A DNA stretch of 64,000 nt, taken from the NCBI RefSeq assembly GCF_006345805.1, contig NC_043023.1, forward strand, positions 10,664,001 to 10,728,000. The letters are read 5' to 3'. The position numbers and the translations under genes are program-made. Below the pieces are notes generated by a model. That model saw only the letters and a program-made list of their open reading frames with translations. It had not been told where the DNA came from and ran no database searches. Positions 11,658 to 22,850 of this stretch are shown here, one piece after another. Position 1 is the stretch's first letter. Each line of letters opens with the position of its first letter. The DNA comes from Octopus sinensis (taxonomy: Eukaryota).

Positions 11658-11966
11658 ATTTACAGCCATATGACTTTGGAAACACCGGTTCTCGTCCGAT
11701 CACCATCATTAACCCTTTAGTGTTCACATTATTCTGCTAAAATTAATGCTTTTTCCTCCATACTGTTTTGAACTAATCATGCATTATCTTGTAGCTGTGA
11801 GATTTTGATGATATTGTAGGGTTGGTGTGAGAGACCAGATCTGGTCAGTTTGAACATAGAACAGGCTGAATATTTTTGGCCGGTTTAAATGCTAAAGGGT
11901 TAAGCAAAGTTGAGGCTAGTTAGTACTTAGATGGGTGACCGCTTGGGAAACCTAGGTGTTGTAAAC
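11658..11966 (+). pseudogene. 5S rRNA pseudogene split by a TTAA-type MITE
   Basis: tttacagccatatgactttggaaacaccggttctcgtccgatcacc ... ttaagcaaagttgaggctagttagtacttagatgggtgaccgcttgggaaacctaggtgttgtaaac matches 5S halves, including the C-box agtactt.gatgggtgacc. Confidence 0.85.
11713..11899. mobile_element. piggyBac-type MITE
   Basis: TTAA|CCCTTTAG...CTAAAGGG|TTAA; TTAA at 11709-11712 and 11900-11903. Confidence 0.85.
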
Positions 11967-11982
11967 ATCTTGCTATCCATAG

Positions 11983-12162
11983 GTGCAGGAGTGGCTGTGT
12001 GTTAAGTAGCTTGCTTACCAACCACATAGTTCCGGGTTCAGTCCCACTGCGTGGCACCTTGGGCAAGTGTTTTCTACTATAGCCTCGAGCTGACCAAATC
12101 CTTGCGAGTGGATTTGGTAGACAGAAACTGAAGGAAGCCTGTTGTATATGTGTGTGTGTGTG

Positions 12163-12194
<32 letters not shown>

Positions 12195-12388
12195 CATATG
12201 TTTGTACCCCTACCATCGGTTGACAACTGATGGTGGTGTGTTTATGTCCTTGTAACTTAGCAGTTCGGCAAAAGTGACTGATAGAATAAGTACTAGGCTT
12301 ACAAAGAATAAGTCCTGGGGTCGATTTGCTCGACTAAAGGCAGTGCTCCAGCATGGCTGCAGTCAAATGACTGAAACAAGTAAAGAGA
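11983..12388 (+). mobile_element. SINE family A, full length
   Basis: Same structure as the 11194 copy. Confidence 0.85.
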
Positions 12389-12444
12389 GTATACTACCCA
12401 CCCCTGCAGGCTATTACCTTAATGTTGGTGGGGGTGTTTGCGTG

Positions 12445-12925
12445 GTCATCGTCATCATCGTTTAATGTCTGCCTTCCATTCTAGCATGAGTGGGACTGTT
12501 TCACAAGAGCCAGCCAGGCAGGAGCCTGCACCAGATTTCTATGACTGTTTTGGCAGGATTTTTACAGCTGGATGCCCTTTCTAACACCAATCACTCAGCA
12601 GAGTGGACTTAGTACTTTTTACGTGGCACAAGCACAGGTGAGGTCAGTTTTGGCAAGGATTTTATAGCTGAATGCCCTTCCAAAAGCCAATCACTTCACA
12701 GTGTGGACTGGATGCTTTTTACTTGGCACCAGCACAAATGAGGTCAGTTTAGGCAGGATTTTTACAGCTGGATGCCCTTCCGAACACCAACTCCTCAGCA
12801 GAGTGGACATAGGGCACTTTACATGGTGCAAGCACAGGTGAGGTCCGATTCAGCAGGATTTTTACAGCTGGATGCCCTTCCAAACACCAACCCCTTTACA
12901 GTATGGACTGGGTGCTTTACATATC
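12445..12925 (-). mobile_element. (GAT)n-tailed retroposon with ~100-bp internal repeat x4
   Basis: ggatttttacagctggatgccctt recurs about every 100 bp. Confidence 0.6.
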
Positions 12926-13458
12926 AATTGCTGGTAGGTACACAGTATATTGTCATGCAACCACAATATACCACCAAGTATAAGGAAGGTTTTATAAGTC
13001 AACAGTGTGTCCCCTAATGTTAACAATCACTTTTTAAGCTTGTCTCGTAACAAAGCAGAAAATCTGTAGAGATAAGCTTAAAATGTAATTAAAACTGTGT
13101 GATAGCAATGGGGGAAATGTCCCTTTAAAATGCTGATCGTTAGCTAAGGAGTGCATTAACAAAACACATAGGGTAAGTTATGATGTATCAGCTTTTGCAT
13201 TATTAGAGCTGCTTATCTAAGGTGGTGAGCTGGCAGGACTGTTAGGACATTGTGCTAAGTGCTTAGTGGCATTTTGTCCGTCCTTGCGTTTTGAGTTCAG
13301 ACTCCACCGAGATTGACTTTGCCTTTCATCCTTTCAGTGTTGATGTAATTGACTTGTCCCTCCCCCTAAAAACTCCAGGTCTTGTGTTTATAACAGAAAG
13401 GCCTTTTGGAGTTGCTTATAGTTTGTGATTTAATTTCGATTTCAAAATAATTCAACAA

Positions 13459-14130
13459 AGGCACAGGAGTGGCTGTGTGGTAAGTAGCTTGCTTACAAAC
13501 CACATGGTTCCGGGTTCAGTCCCACTGTGTGGCATCTTTGGCAAGTGTCTTCTGCTATAGGCTCAGGCCGACCGAAGCGTTGTGAGTGGATTTGGTAGAC
13601 GGAAACTGAAAGAAGCCTGTCATATATATATATACCTCTTTTACTTGTTTCAGTCATTTGACTGCGGCCATGCTGGAGCACCGCCTTTAGTCGAGCAAAT
13701 CGACCCCGGGACTTATTCTTTGTAAGCCCAGTACTTATTCTATCGGCCTCTTTTGCCGAACCGCTAAGTGACGGGGATGTAAACACACCAGCATCGGTTG
13801 TCAAGCAATGCTAGGGGGACAAACACAGACACACAAACACATATACACGACAGGCTTCTTTCAGTTACCGTCTACCAAATCCACTCACAAGGCATTGGTC
13901 GGCCCGTGTGTGTGTGTGTATATGTTTGTGTGTCTGTGTTTGTCCCCCTAGCATTGCTTGACAACCGATGCTGGTGAGTTTACGTCCCCGTCACTTAGGG
14001 GTTCGGCAAAAGAGACGGATAGAATAAATACTAGGTTTACAAAGAATAAGTCCTGGGGTCGATTTGCTCGACTAAAGGCGGTGCTCCAGCATAGCCGCAG
14101 TCAAATGAGAGAAAGAAGTAAAAGAGTAAA
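13459..14130. mobile_element. SINE A with an antisense SINE A nested in its microsatellite
   Basis: Plus head 13459-13635, minus copy ~13636-13905, plus tail 13906-14130. Confidence 0.7.
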
Positions 14131-14253
14131 GAGTGAAGCTAGCCTGTTCCGCTGCATGTGCAATGTATGTGCGACAGAGTGCAAGTGTGTTGAGAGCAAA
14201 GTTAGGCCTGAGAGGAATTAGATGTCGTGTGCTAGAAAGAAGACTACACTGGA

Positions 14254-14675
14254 TTGGCGGCAAGCTGGCAGAATCGTTAGCACGCCGGGCGAAATGCGTA
14301 GCCGTATTTCGTCTGTCGCTACGTTCTGAGTTCAAATTCCGCCGAGGTCAACTTTGCCTCTCATCCCTTTCGGGGTTGATAAATAAAGGTACCAGTTATG
14401 CACTGGGGTCGATATAATCGACTTAATCCGTCTGTCTGTCCTTGTTTGTCCCCTCTGTGTTTAGCCCCTTCTGGGTATTAAAGGAATAGGTATTTCGTCT
14501 GTCGCTACGTTCTGAGTTCAAATTCTGCTGAGGTCAACTTTGCCTTTCATCCCTTTCGGGGTTGATAAATTAAGTACCAGTTATGCACTGGGGTCGATAT
14601 AATTGACTTAATCCGTCTGTCTGTCCTTGTTTGTCCCCTCTGTGTGTAGCCCCTTGTGGGCAGTAAAGAAATAGG
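14254..14675 (+). mobile_element. SINE family B dimer
   Basis: Head plus two body units joined at aatag|gtatttcgtc (14490). Confidence 0.8.
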
Positions 14676-14830
14676 TTTGGCCATGTGATGGAGATGGATT
14701 CTGACAGAGTGAAAAGTGAATGGAACTCGTGGAAGAGGAAGGCCAAGGAAGATGTGTTTATTTATTTTTGAAAATTGAAATTTTACAAATCTATTTTTTT
14801 TTTCTTCAGAATTATGACATCCAGATTATT

Positions 14831-15374
14831 GGTACTACTTAAGAAGAGTGGTCCCAGTGCGAGCATCCGCCTAGCTAGGCATGACTAGTCGATCCTTACT
14901 TCGTGTTTTTGTATTTTATTTACTTTGTTTTAAAAAAAAAAAAAGCGATGTTACAGTACAAGTACCGGTGTACTTCCGGAAGTACCAGATACATTTCAAA
15001 AAAGTGGGTTTTTTTATATATGGGGGGGGGGTTAGGGTTAGGGTTTCTGTTAGGGGTGGGAGAAAAGGGTTTCTGTCATCTTCAGAAATGTAAACAAAGT
15101 CACGTGTGTACACATACCGAAGGATCGCCACATACCCTAACCCTAACACAAACCCTAGCTCTAACAGAAACCCTAACTTTAAACCTAACCCTAACGCCCC
15201 ATATATAAAAAAAACACTTTTTTGAAATGTATCCGGTACTTATACCGTAAGATCGCCCAAAAAATTATTTATTTTGTGTTTTATTTACTTTGCTATGTAG
15301 TCGTTGTAGGATCGACTGGTCACGACTAACTAGCGCGAGTGCGCGCACCAGGACCACTTTTCTTAAATAGTACC
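14831..15374. mobile_element. GGTACT-ended MITE with TTAGGG tracts
   Basis: TIRs ggtactacttaagaagagtggtccc / ggaccacttttcttaaatagtacc; flanks cagattatt / cagaataat (7 of 9 match). Confidence 0.7.
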
Positions 15375-16032
15375 CAGAATAATCTTGGCTGAAAACAAAA
15401 TTTTTTTTTAAGTGAAAAACGGGGGGGAGGAGGGGGGGGGAGAGAGGTTTAATAAAATTTTGAAAAACCGATTTGTTTTGCAGATTCGGAAACTCCGCAA
15501 TCGAAAAGGTATGTTTCTGTAGAAAAAACAAACAAACCCTAAACAGAAAAAGGGTGCGGTCCATGTCCTTTACCTCCGCCGCCATGCCATCAGTCACATT
15601 TATGGCATACCTATTTCTTCACTACCCTCAAGGAGCTAAACACAGAGGGGACAAACAAGGACAGACAAACGGATTTAGTCGATTATAGCGATCCTAGTGC
15701 GTAACTGGTACTTAATTTATCGACCCCGAAAGGATGAAAGGCAAAGTCGACCTGGGCGGGCATACCCCCACCCGACTTCGTCGCCTCATAACTTCCAGAA
15801 TAATAGATATTTTTAAATGAAATTTTAAACAAATGCGCATCAGATGCTGTAGATTCCAATTCTATAAGAATTTGTCGTGAAAATCTTTTTTGTTACGTGA
15901 GTGAAGAGAATAGTTTCGGAAAATACACACGAGATGGAACCTTTAAGATCATCACTACGGATGGAAAAATACACATGTGGTGGCTTACTTTACTCACAAC
16001 TTTAAGAAAAAATAGTTATTTTTTTCCTGAAA

Positions 16033-16696
16033 TCTTTATATATAAAAGTGAAGTTGTGTGAGTGTCTGTCTCCTCCGATTTAGATTCCTAACTACTCCCA
16101 CATTTTGCGGTGCAGTTTAACCAAAACCGGGTATCTTATAGTCGTGATTCATAGCGAGCCCTTCTGGGTGTTAGCGCGCGTCTACGATGAGTCTACAATT
16201 TTAAAAATAATTTACCATCATTTTTTTCCCATTTTTAATGCATTTTTTTGCTATAACTCTCTAAAAATGCTTATATAGTTATTTCCCTTACAAACCCGAG
16301 CAACGCCGGCCGATACTGCTAGTCTTTATATATAAAAGTCAAGTTGTGTGTCTGTCTCCTACGATTTAGATTCCTAACTACTCCCACATTTTGCGATGCA
16401 GTTTAACCAAAACCGGGTATCTTATAGTCGTTATTCATATCGAGCCCTTCTGGGTATTAGCGCGCGTCTACGATAAGTCTACGATTTTAAAAATAATTTA
16501 CCATCATTTTTTTCCATTTTAATGCATTTTTTCGCTATTATATAAGGGAAGTAACTCTAAAAATGTCAACGATTTAAAAAAAAAATTACCATAATTTTTT
16601 ATTCCATTTTTAATGCATTTTTTTGCTATAACTCTCTAAAAATGCTTTATAGTTATTTCCCTTACAAACCCGAGCAACGCCGGGCGATACTGCTAG
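16033..16696 (+). mobile_element. Two tandem non-autonomous Helitrons (16033-16322, 16323-16696)
   Basis: 5' TC start, subterminal hairpin cccgagcaacgccgg(g), 3' CTAG followed by T. Confidence 0.8.
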
Positions 16697-16874
16697 TTGT
16701 CTATAAATACCTTTCACTGTGTGTAGTTTACGATTATATCGGAATTTATTAAGGAAAAGAAAGTTGTTGGCACACAAACACTGAAACACATAAAACAAAA
16801 CTGAAATCTCGAAAAAAATTGTGATGTGGTATGTACGTGTGTGCATACTCGTCAATTTTCTATTTCATATTAAA

Positions 16875-17249
16875 CTAGCCGTATCGCCCGGCGTTGCTCG
16901 GGTTTGTAAGGGAAATAACTATATAAGCGTTTTTAGTGAGTTATAGCAAAAAAATGCATTAAAAATGGAATAAAAAATTATGGTAATTTTTTTTTTAAAT
17001 CGTTGACATTTTTAGAGTTACTTCCCTTATATAATAGCGAAAAAATGCATTAAAATGGAAAAAAATGATGGTAAATTATTTTTAAAATCGTAGACTTATC
17101 GTAGACGCGCGCTAATACCCAGAAGGGCTCGATATGAATAACGACTATAAGATACCCGGTTTTGGTTAAACTGCATCGCAAAATGTGGGAGTAGTTAGGA
17201 ATCTAATTCGTAGGAGACAGACACACAACTTCACTTTTATATATAAAGA
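16875..17249 (-). mobile_element. Non-autonomous Helitron, inverted copy
   Basis: Reverse complement of 16323-16696; CTAG at 16875-16878. Confidence 0.8.
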
Positions 17250-17503
17250 TAACAATATAATTGTAATTTACACATTTTGAGAGGTATCTGCAGAAAATTT
17301 CATAAAAGAATAAGAACCGTATTTTTCTGGAAGCTATGAAGAAAGAAAGCCGTCTCGTATGAATTTTTCGTAAATCCTCACACCTACTCTCGGTAAAATT
17401 TTTCCAACACACGCTTCAATAACATTGAAATCTACACCGTCTGAAGTGTATTTATGGAAAACTTCATTGAAAGATGATTTTTCTGGAAGTTATGAGGCAA
17501 AAT

Positions 17504-17715
17504 GGTACTACTAGCGAATAAGTAGTCCCGGTGCGCGCACTCGCGTCAGCTAGTCATGACTACTCGATCCTTACTTTGTGTAAAAAAAATTATTTATTTT
17601 GTGTTTTATTTACTTTGCTACGTAGTCGTTGTAGAATCGACTAGTCACGACTAGCTAGCGCGGATGCGCGACTACACGTGTGAGCGCACCGGGACCACTG
17701 TTCGCTAGTAGTACC
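17504..17715. mobile_element. Short GGTACT-ended MITE
   Basis: ggtactactagcgaa...ttcgctagtagtacc; no clear TSD. Confidence 0.65.
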
Positions 17716-17724
17716 ATAAATATA

Positions 17725-17910
17725 GGGAGGCGGCGAGCTTTCGTCTGCCTCTACGTTCTGAGTTCAAATTCCGCCGAGGTCGACTTTGCCTTTCATCCTT
17801 TCGGGGTCGATAAATTAAGTACCAGTTACGCACTGCAGTCGATGTAATCCACTTAATACCTATGTCTGTCCCCTCTATGTTTAGCCCCTTGTGGGTAATA
17901 AAGAAATAGG
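17725..17910 (+). mobile_element. SINE family B, internally deleted
   Basis: Shared body sequence. Confidence 0.75.
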
Positions 17911-18286
17911 TACCATATATCTAACGGTGGGGTACACATGTGTACCTGACGACGCATGGTTAATGGCCGTCTTCTAAATTAATGACCACGATGGTATTTG
18001 CGATGTATAAATTTACACTCGTCTCTCAATCCGTCCAGGATGGTTGGAACATCTCTAAAATAACTTGTAAAATAAATTCGAAATAAACCTTTAGTTCCAT
18101 TGTAGAGTTTAGTCGAGTACTAACAAGATTTTATTTTCATTTCATTAAACAGATCGCCTTAATTATTAATTTAATTCAATCAGTGACAGAAAATATAATT
18201 AATACTGGCATCTCTAACCAGCAATATCGAAAGCTTTTCAATTACCGATGTTCCCTTTAATATTAGTAGATAATTTGTAATAGATA

Positions 18287-18500
18287 TCTTACCTTTTTTT
18301 GGGGTAGTATTTGCAGCAAAAGCTCGTCTCTATCGGAAGCAACATACAAAACATTACTGGTTGTTTTGGCGCGAAGCTACGGGAGGTAACACTTGACAAC
18401 GGAAATTTTGAAAAACCGACTGGGAAATATGAACAACGAAAAGAACTTAGTATCTGTACATAAGCTGAAATATATGGTTTAAGCACCCAGTGAAACATTT
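18287..18500 (-). promoter_or_regulatory. Candidate first exon and splice donor of ZNF A
   Basis: Minus strand AAG|GTAAGA with GT at 18292-18291; CpG-containing non-repetitive sequence just upstream with ETS-like CGGAA cores. Confidence 0.35.
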
Positions 18501-18565
18501 TTTTTTTCTCGGTGGTGGGAATTCAGAGAATTTTTGCGAATTTGTGTTCTGCACACAGAAATTCA

Positions 18566-19234
18566 GGATCTTTTCCTTTTGAACGGCAGTTCTCAACACA
18601 ATTTCTAGTTAACTAAACACTTTTAAACTTCGTATACTGGTAGAATGTGTTAAAATAAGACATTTTTTGGATCTTTTCCTTTTGAACGGCAGTTCTCAAC
18701 ACAATTTCTAGTTAACTAAACACTTTTAAACTTCGTATACTGATAGAATGTGTTAAAATAAAACATTTTTTGGATCTTTTCCTTTTGAACGGCAGTTTTC
18801 AACACAATTTCTAGTTAACTAAACACTTTTAAACTTCGTATACTGGTAGAATGTGTTAAAATAAGACATTTTTTGGATCTTTTCCTTTTGAACGGCAGTT
18901 CTCAACACAATTTCTAGTTAACTAAACACTTTTAAACTTCGTATACTGGTAGAATGTGTTAAAATAAGACATTTTTTGGATCTTTTCCTTTTGAACGGCA
19001 GTTCTCAACACAATTTCTAGTTAACTAAACACTTTTAAACTTCGTATACTGGTAGAATGTGTCAAAATAATACATTTTTTCTCTTGGCTTTCTTGAGAAA
19101 ATTGTAATTTGTAAGTTTAACGTAATTTAATTTTTCGAATTTTAACCAATTGAGCTAAAATCATTTGCTGCGTCTAAAACTGTGCAGTTAACTAGAAATT
19201 GTGTTGAAAACTCCCATTCAAAAGCAAGAGATCC
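18566..19234 (+). mobile_element. GGATC TIR element with 5 x 103-bp array of its left terminus
   Basis: GGATC restarts at 18566, 18669, 18772, 18875, 18978; flanks gaaattca / aaaattca. Confidence 0.85.
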
Positions 19235-19583
19235 AAAATTCATACAATTATGTAAACAAAAAAGGGAAAAAAATTCGTGTGTGATTTAAGAGCGATTTTG
19301 CTGTTATTTTTAGCACATTTCACGACCACCTAATACCTTCCTCGTTTCTTTGTCACTTTGACGTATTGATATTTTCCAATATCTGCCCTCTGTCTTGCCG
19401 ACTTGTGGAGATAAAGCTTGTCTATTGGTTCCATCACAAACGACCTTGATAATTTAGTAGGTTGACCTGACTACAAATCATTTTTTCTACCACTGATCTC
19501 TAGACATGAAACAACTCCTTAATAGATAGATCTAGACTTATGGAGCTATGCCCTCCTCTCTTGTTAGAAGTCACGGGTGGGTG

Positions 19584-20234
19584 GGATCTTTTCCTTTTGA
19601 ACGGCAGATGTCAACACAATTTCTAGTTAACTAAACACTTTTAAACTTCGTATACTGGTAGAATGTGTTTATAAAACATCTTTTTCTCTTGGTTTTATTG
19701 AGAAAATCCTATAGTTTGTAAGATATTTCGTCTGAAAATCCGAGCATTTCGGCAATTTTAACCAATCGATTACCTCCATTCAACTAAAATCATTTGCTGC
19801 GTCTAAAACTGAGACAACATCCTGTAACTAACCCTAAACCTCCCCCCTAACCCTAACCCTAAATTTTGTTTTTCCGTATTGTTAAATTAATTTAATTCCA
19901 TTGCTTTAGTTTTTTTTACACGCATAACAATTAAATTAATTTAACAATTAAGAAAAACAAAATTTAGGGTTAGGGTTAGGGGGGAGGTTTAGGGTTAATT
20001 ACAGGATGTTGTCTCAGTTTTAGATGCAGCAAATGATTTTAGCTCAAAAGAGAGCATAGGATTGGTTAAAATTTGAAAAATTAAACTACGTTAAACAAAC
20101 AAATCACAATTTTCTCAAGAAAGCCAAGCGAAAAAAATGTTTTATTTTGACACATTCTACCAGTATACGAAGTTTAAAAGTGTTTAGTTAAGTAGAAATT
20201 GTGTTGACATCTGCCGTTCAAAAGGAAAAGATCC
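19584..20234 (-). mobile_element. Unexpanded ~650-bp GGATC subfamily A MITE (inverted relative to 3880)
   Basis: Long imperfect TIRs, internal CCCTAA/TTAGGG tracts; no TSD seen. Confidence 0.85.
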
Positions 20235-20552
20235 GTAAAGATAATTGGGTCATTGGAGTCAGTTACTCTTTTTCCCCTCCTAAAAACTCTACTAACCCTT
20301 AAATTTCTCTGTTCTGATCAAGTGTGAAAGTAAGCAAAAGCCCCAAGGTTTTATTTTTCAATTATTTTTTGGTTTTCTTTTTTTCACCTATTACTTGTCT
20401 CAGTCATTAGACTGTGGCTATACTGAGAATTTTTAGTTGAAGGTATCGACCCTACAATTTTTTTTCCTTTTTACTGGTTTCAGTCATTGGACAAGCTTGA
20501 AGAATTTTTTGTCGCAGAAAAATCAGCATTTTAAAATATATATTTATATATA

Positions 20553-20948
20553 TAGGCGCAGGAGTGGCTGTGTGTTAAGTAGCTTGTTTACCAACCACAT
20601 GGTTCCGGGTTCAGTCCCACTGCGTGGCACCTTGGGCAAGTGTCTTCTACTATAGCCTCGGGCCGACCAAAGCCTTGTGAGTGGATTTGGTAGACAGAAA
20701 CTGAAAGAAGCCCGTCGTATATATGTATATATATGTATGTGTGTGTGTGTCTGTGTTTGTCCCCCTAGCATTGCTTGACAACCGATGTTGGTGTGTTTAT
20801 GTCCCCGTCACTTAGCAGTTCGGCAAAAGAGACCGATAGAATAAGTACTGGGCTTACAAAGAATAAGCCCCGGGGTTGATTTGCTTGACTAAAGGCGGTG
20901 CTCCAGCATGGCCGCAGTCAAATGACTGAAACAAGTAAAAGAGTAAAG
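20553..20948 (+). mobile_element. SINE family A, full length
   Basis: Consensus-like copy. Confidence 0.85.
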
Positions 20949-21057
20949 TATTTTTGTTTTCTTCTCTCAGCACTTACAAATTAGTGAGAATAAGTTGAAC
21001 TTTCTCTGGCCGTTGAAGGTCTAACAGAAGGCTAGTCATTCAAACATACTTCTTATA

Positions 21058-21545
21058 TCTTCTCTATATATAAAAGGTAGGTTGTCTGTCAGGTTGTACC
21101 CTCACCCTGACCACAGCTTTCAACCGATTCTGATGAAACTTGACACACACATAGCCCAATGTCATAATTCAAAACTAACGCAGCGAAAATTTTGAAAAGT
21201 TCCCCCAGTTCTGAAATCTCTTCTCTATATGTAAAAGGCAGTTTGTCTGTCTGTGTGTCTGTCAGGTTGTACCCTCACTTTGACCACGGCTTTCAACCGA
21301 TTTTGATGAAACTTGACACACACATAGCCCAATGTCATAATTCAAAATTAACGCAGCGAAAATTTTGAAAAGTTCCCCCAGTTCTGAAAAAAATTTATAA
21401 ATTCAACCACTTCAAGCAGTCAACGAGAGAAAACATGACCAGACAACATAACCTTAGCATACTTCTGCTAATCGCAGCTGCAGATGCAAGTCGTTGCCTA
21501 CTAGGGGTTCTTACATACCCAGGCAACGCTGGGCTATGCTGCTAG
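21058..21545 (+). mobile_element. Non-autonomous Helitron with duplicated 5' part
   Basis: TC..tctatatataaaagg start repeated at ~21217; hairpin cccaggcaacgctggg then CTAG at 21542-21545. Confidence 0.75.
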
Positions 21546-21977
21546 TAAACTATATTTACATGGTACTGAAATAGACAGAATACGGAAAAGAACTAATGAG
21601 GGGTTTAGGATCTGTGCAGAAACAGAAGAGTAGAGGAATAAAGTTGAAAAGACAAAACTTCTTATCTGAGCATCTTCTGAGAATCGTATCCTTCGGCAGA
21701 GGTATTAGAAATCGAGTAGGGGAGTGTGTGCGTGCGCTAGTTTATATAGTGTTGGGGTGGTGGTGGAGGAAGTCTTGGCAAAGCAAGTGGTAATCACAAG
21801 AGAGAGAGAGACAGACAGAGGGAGACCGAAAGCCTGGTATGACCTCCTCACTTGCAAGTCCCCAGTCAAACCGTCCAACCAATGCCAACATGGAAAACGG
21901 ACATTAAATGATATATATATATATATACACACATACATACAATATACACACACACATACATGCATATATATATACAT

Positions 21978-22023
<46 letters not shown>

Positions 22024-22539
22024 CAGACTTCTTTCAGTTTCTGTCTACCAAATCCACTCCCAAGATTTTGGTCAGCCCACTCCTGAAGTAGAAGACACTT
22101 ACATAAGGGGGTCATGCAAGGGGATTGAACCCTGAACCTGTGTGGTTAGGAAGCAAGCTTCTTACCTCACAGTCACGTCTGTGCCTATAATGAAGTATTT
22201 CCATTTATGGTTTGCGTATCTATTTCTAGCATAACAACCTATGAGGTAATGCCATCACTGAAGCATGAAAAGACATTCCTCATCTCTCATACACACAACT
22301 GGACAAACATTGACAATATTTTTTATTCATTCAGAAAATATCTTACATGGAATATATATGAACATTATGAAAGAACAGCTTTTATTAAAAATATCAGAAT
22401 TGATGGGGATAAATAAAAATAGTGTTTTGTTATAACATGCTGTTATATCTTCTTTATCGTGTGGATACATTTATTGTTATATAAGATATTGCTTTCAACA
22501 AATGACTTTTGATATTGATACAGTCACTCTTCTCTATGA

Positions 22540-22850
22540 TGAGAAATATATCTGTAGTTAATTGTCTTTTTTGAGAGAAGGATATACCACAGAATCAGTT
22601 ACATGGTTTCTCTTCCATATCAATGTGTGTGTGTATTTATCTAAGAGATTTATTTGAGAGAACCATTCACCACAAATATCACAATGACATGGTTTCTCTC
22701 CTAATGAATGAGTCTGTGAGTGGTCAAGTGATCTATTTCAGAGAATGATTCACCACAGGTGTCACAATGATGTGATTTCATTCCTCAATGAATACCTTTG
22801 TGTTTATTTAAATGTCCCTTTTGAGTGAATGATTTACCACAGTTATCACA
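22540..22850 (-). pseudogene. Decayed fingers downstream of the ZNF B stop
   Basis: After PY* the frame continues CDNCGKSFTQKGHLNKHKGIH*GMKSHHCDTCGESFSEIDHLTTHRLIH*, then further eroded finger-like sequence. Confidence 0.8.

Larger units (their letters stand above)
15787..17498. mobile_element. Old TIR element hosting the Helitron trio
   Basis: Diverged inverted ends gcctcataacttccagaa...gtagattccaat and attgaaatctac...ttctggaagttatgaggc. Confidence 0.45.
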
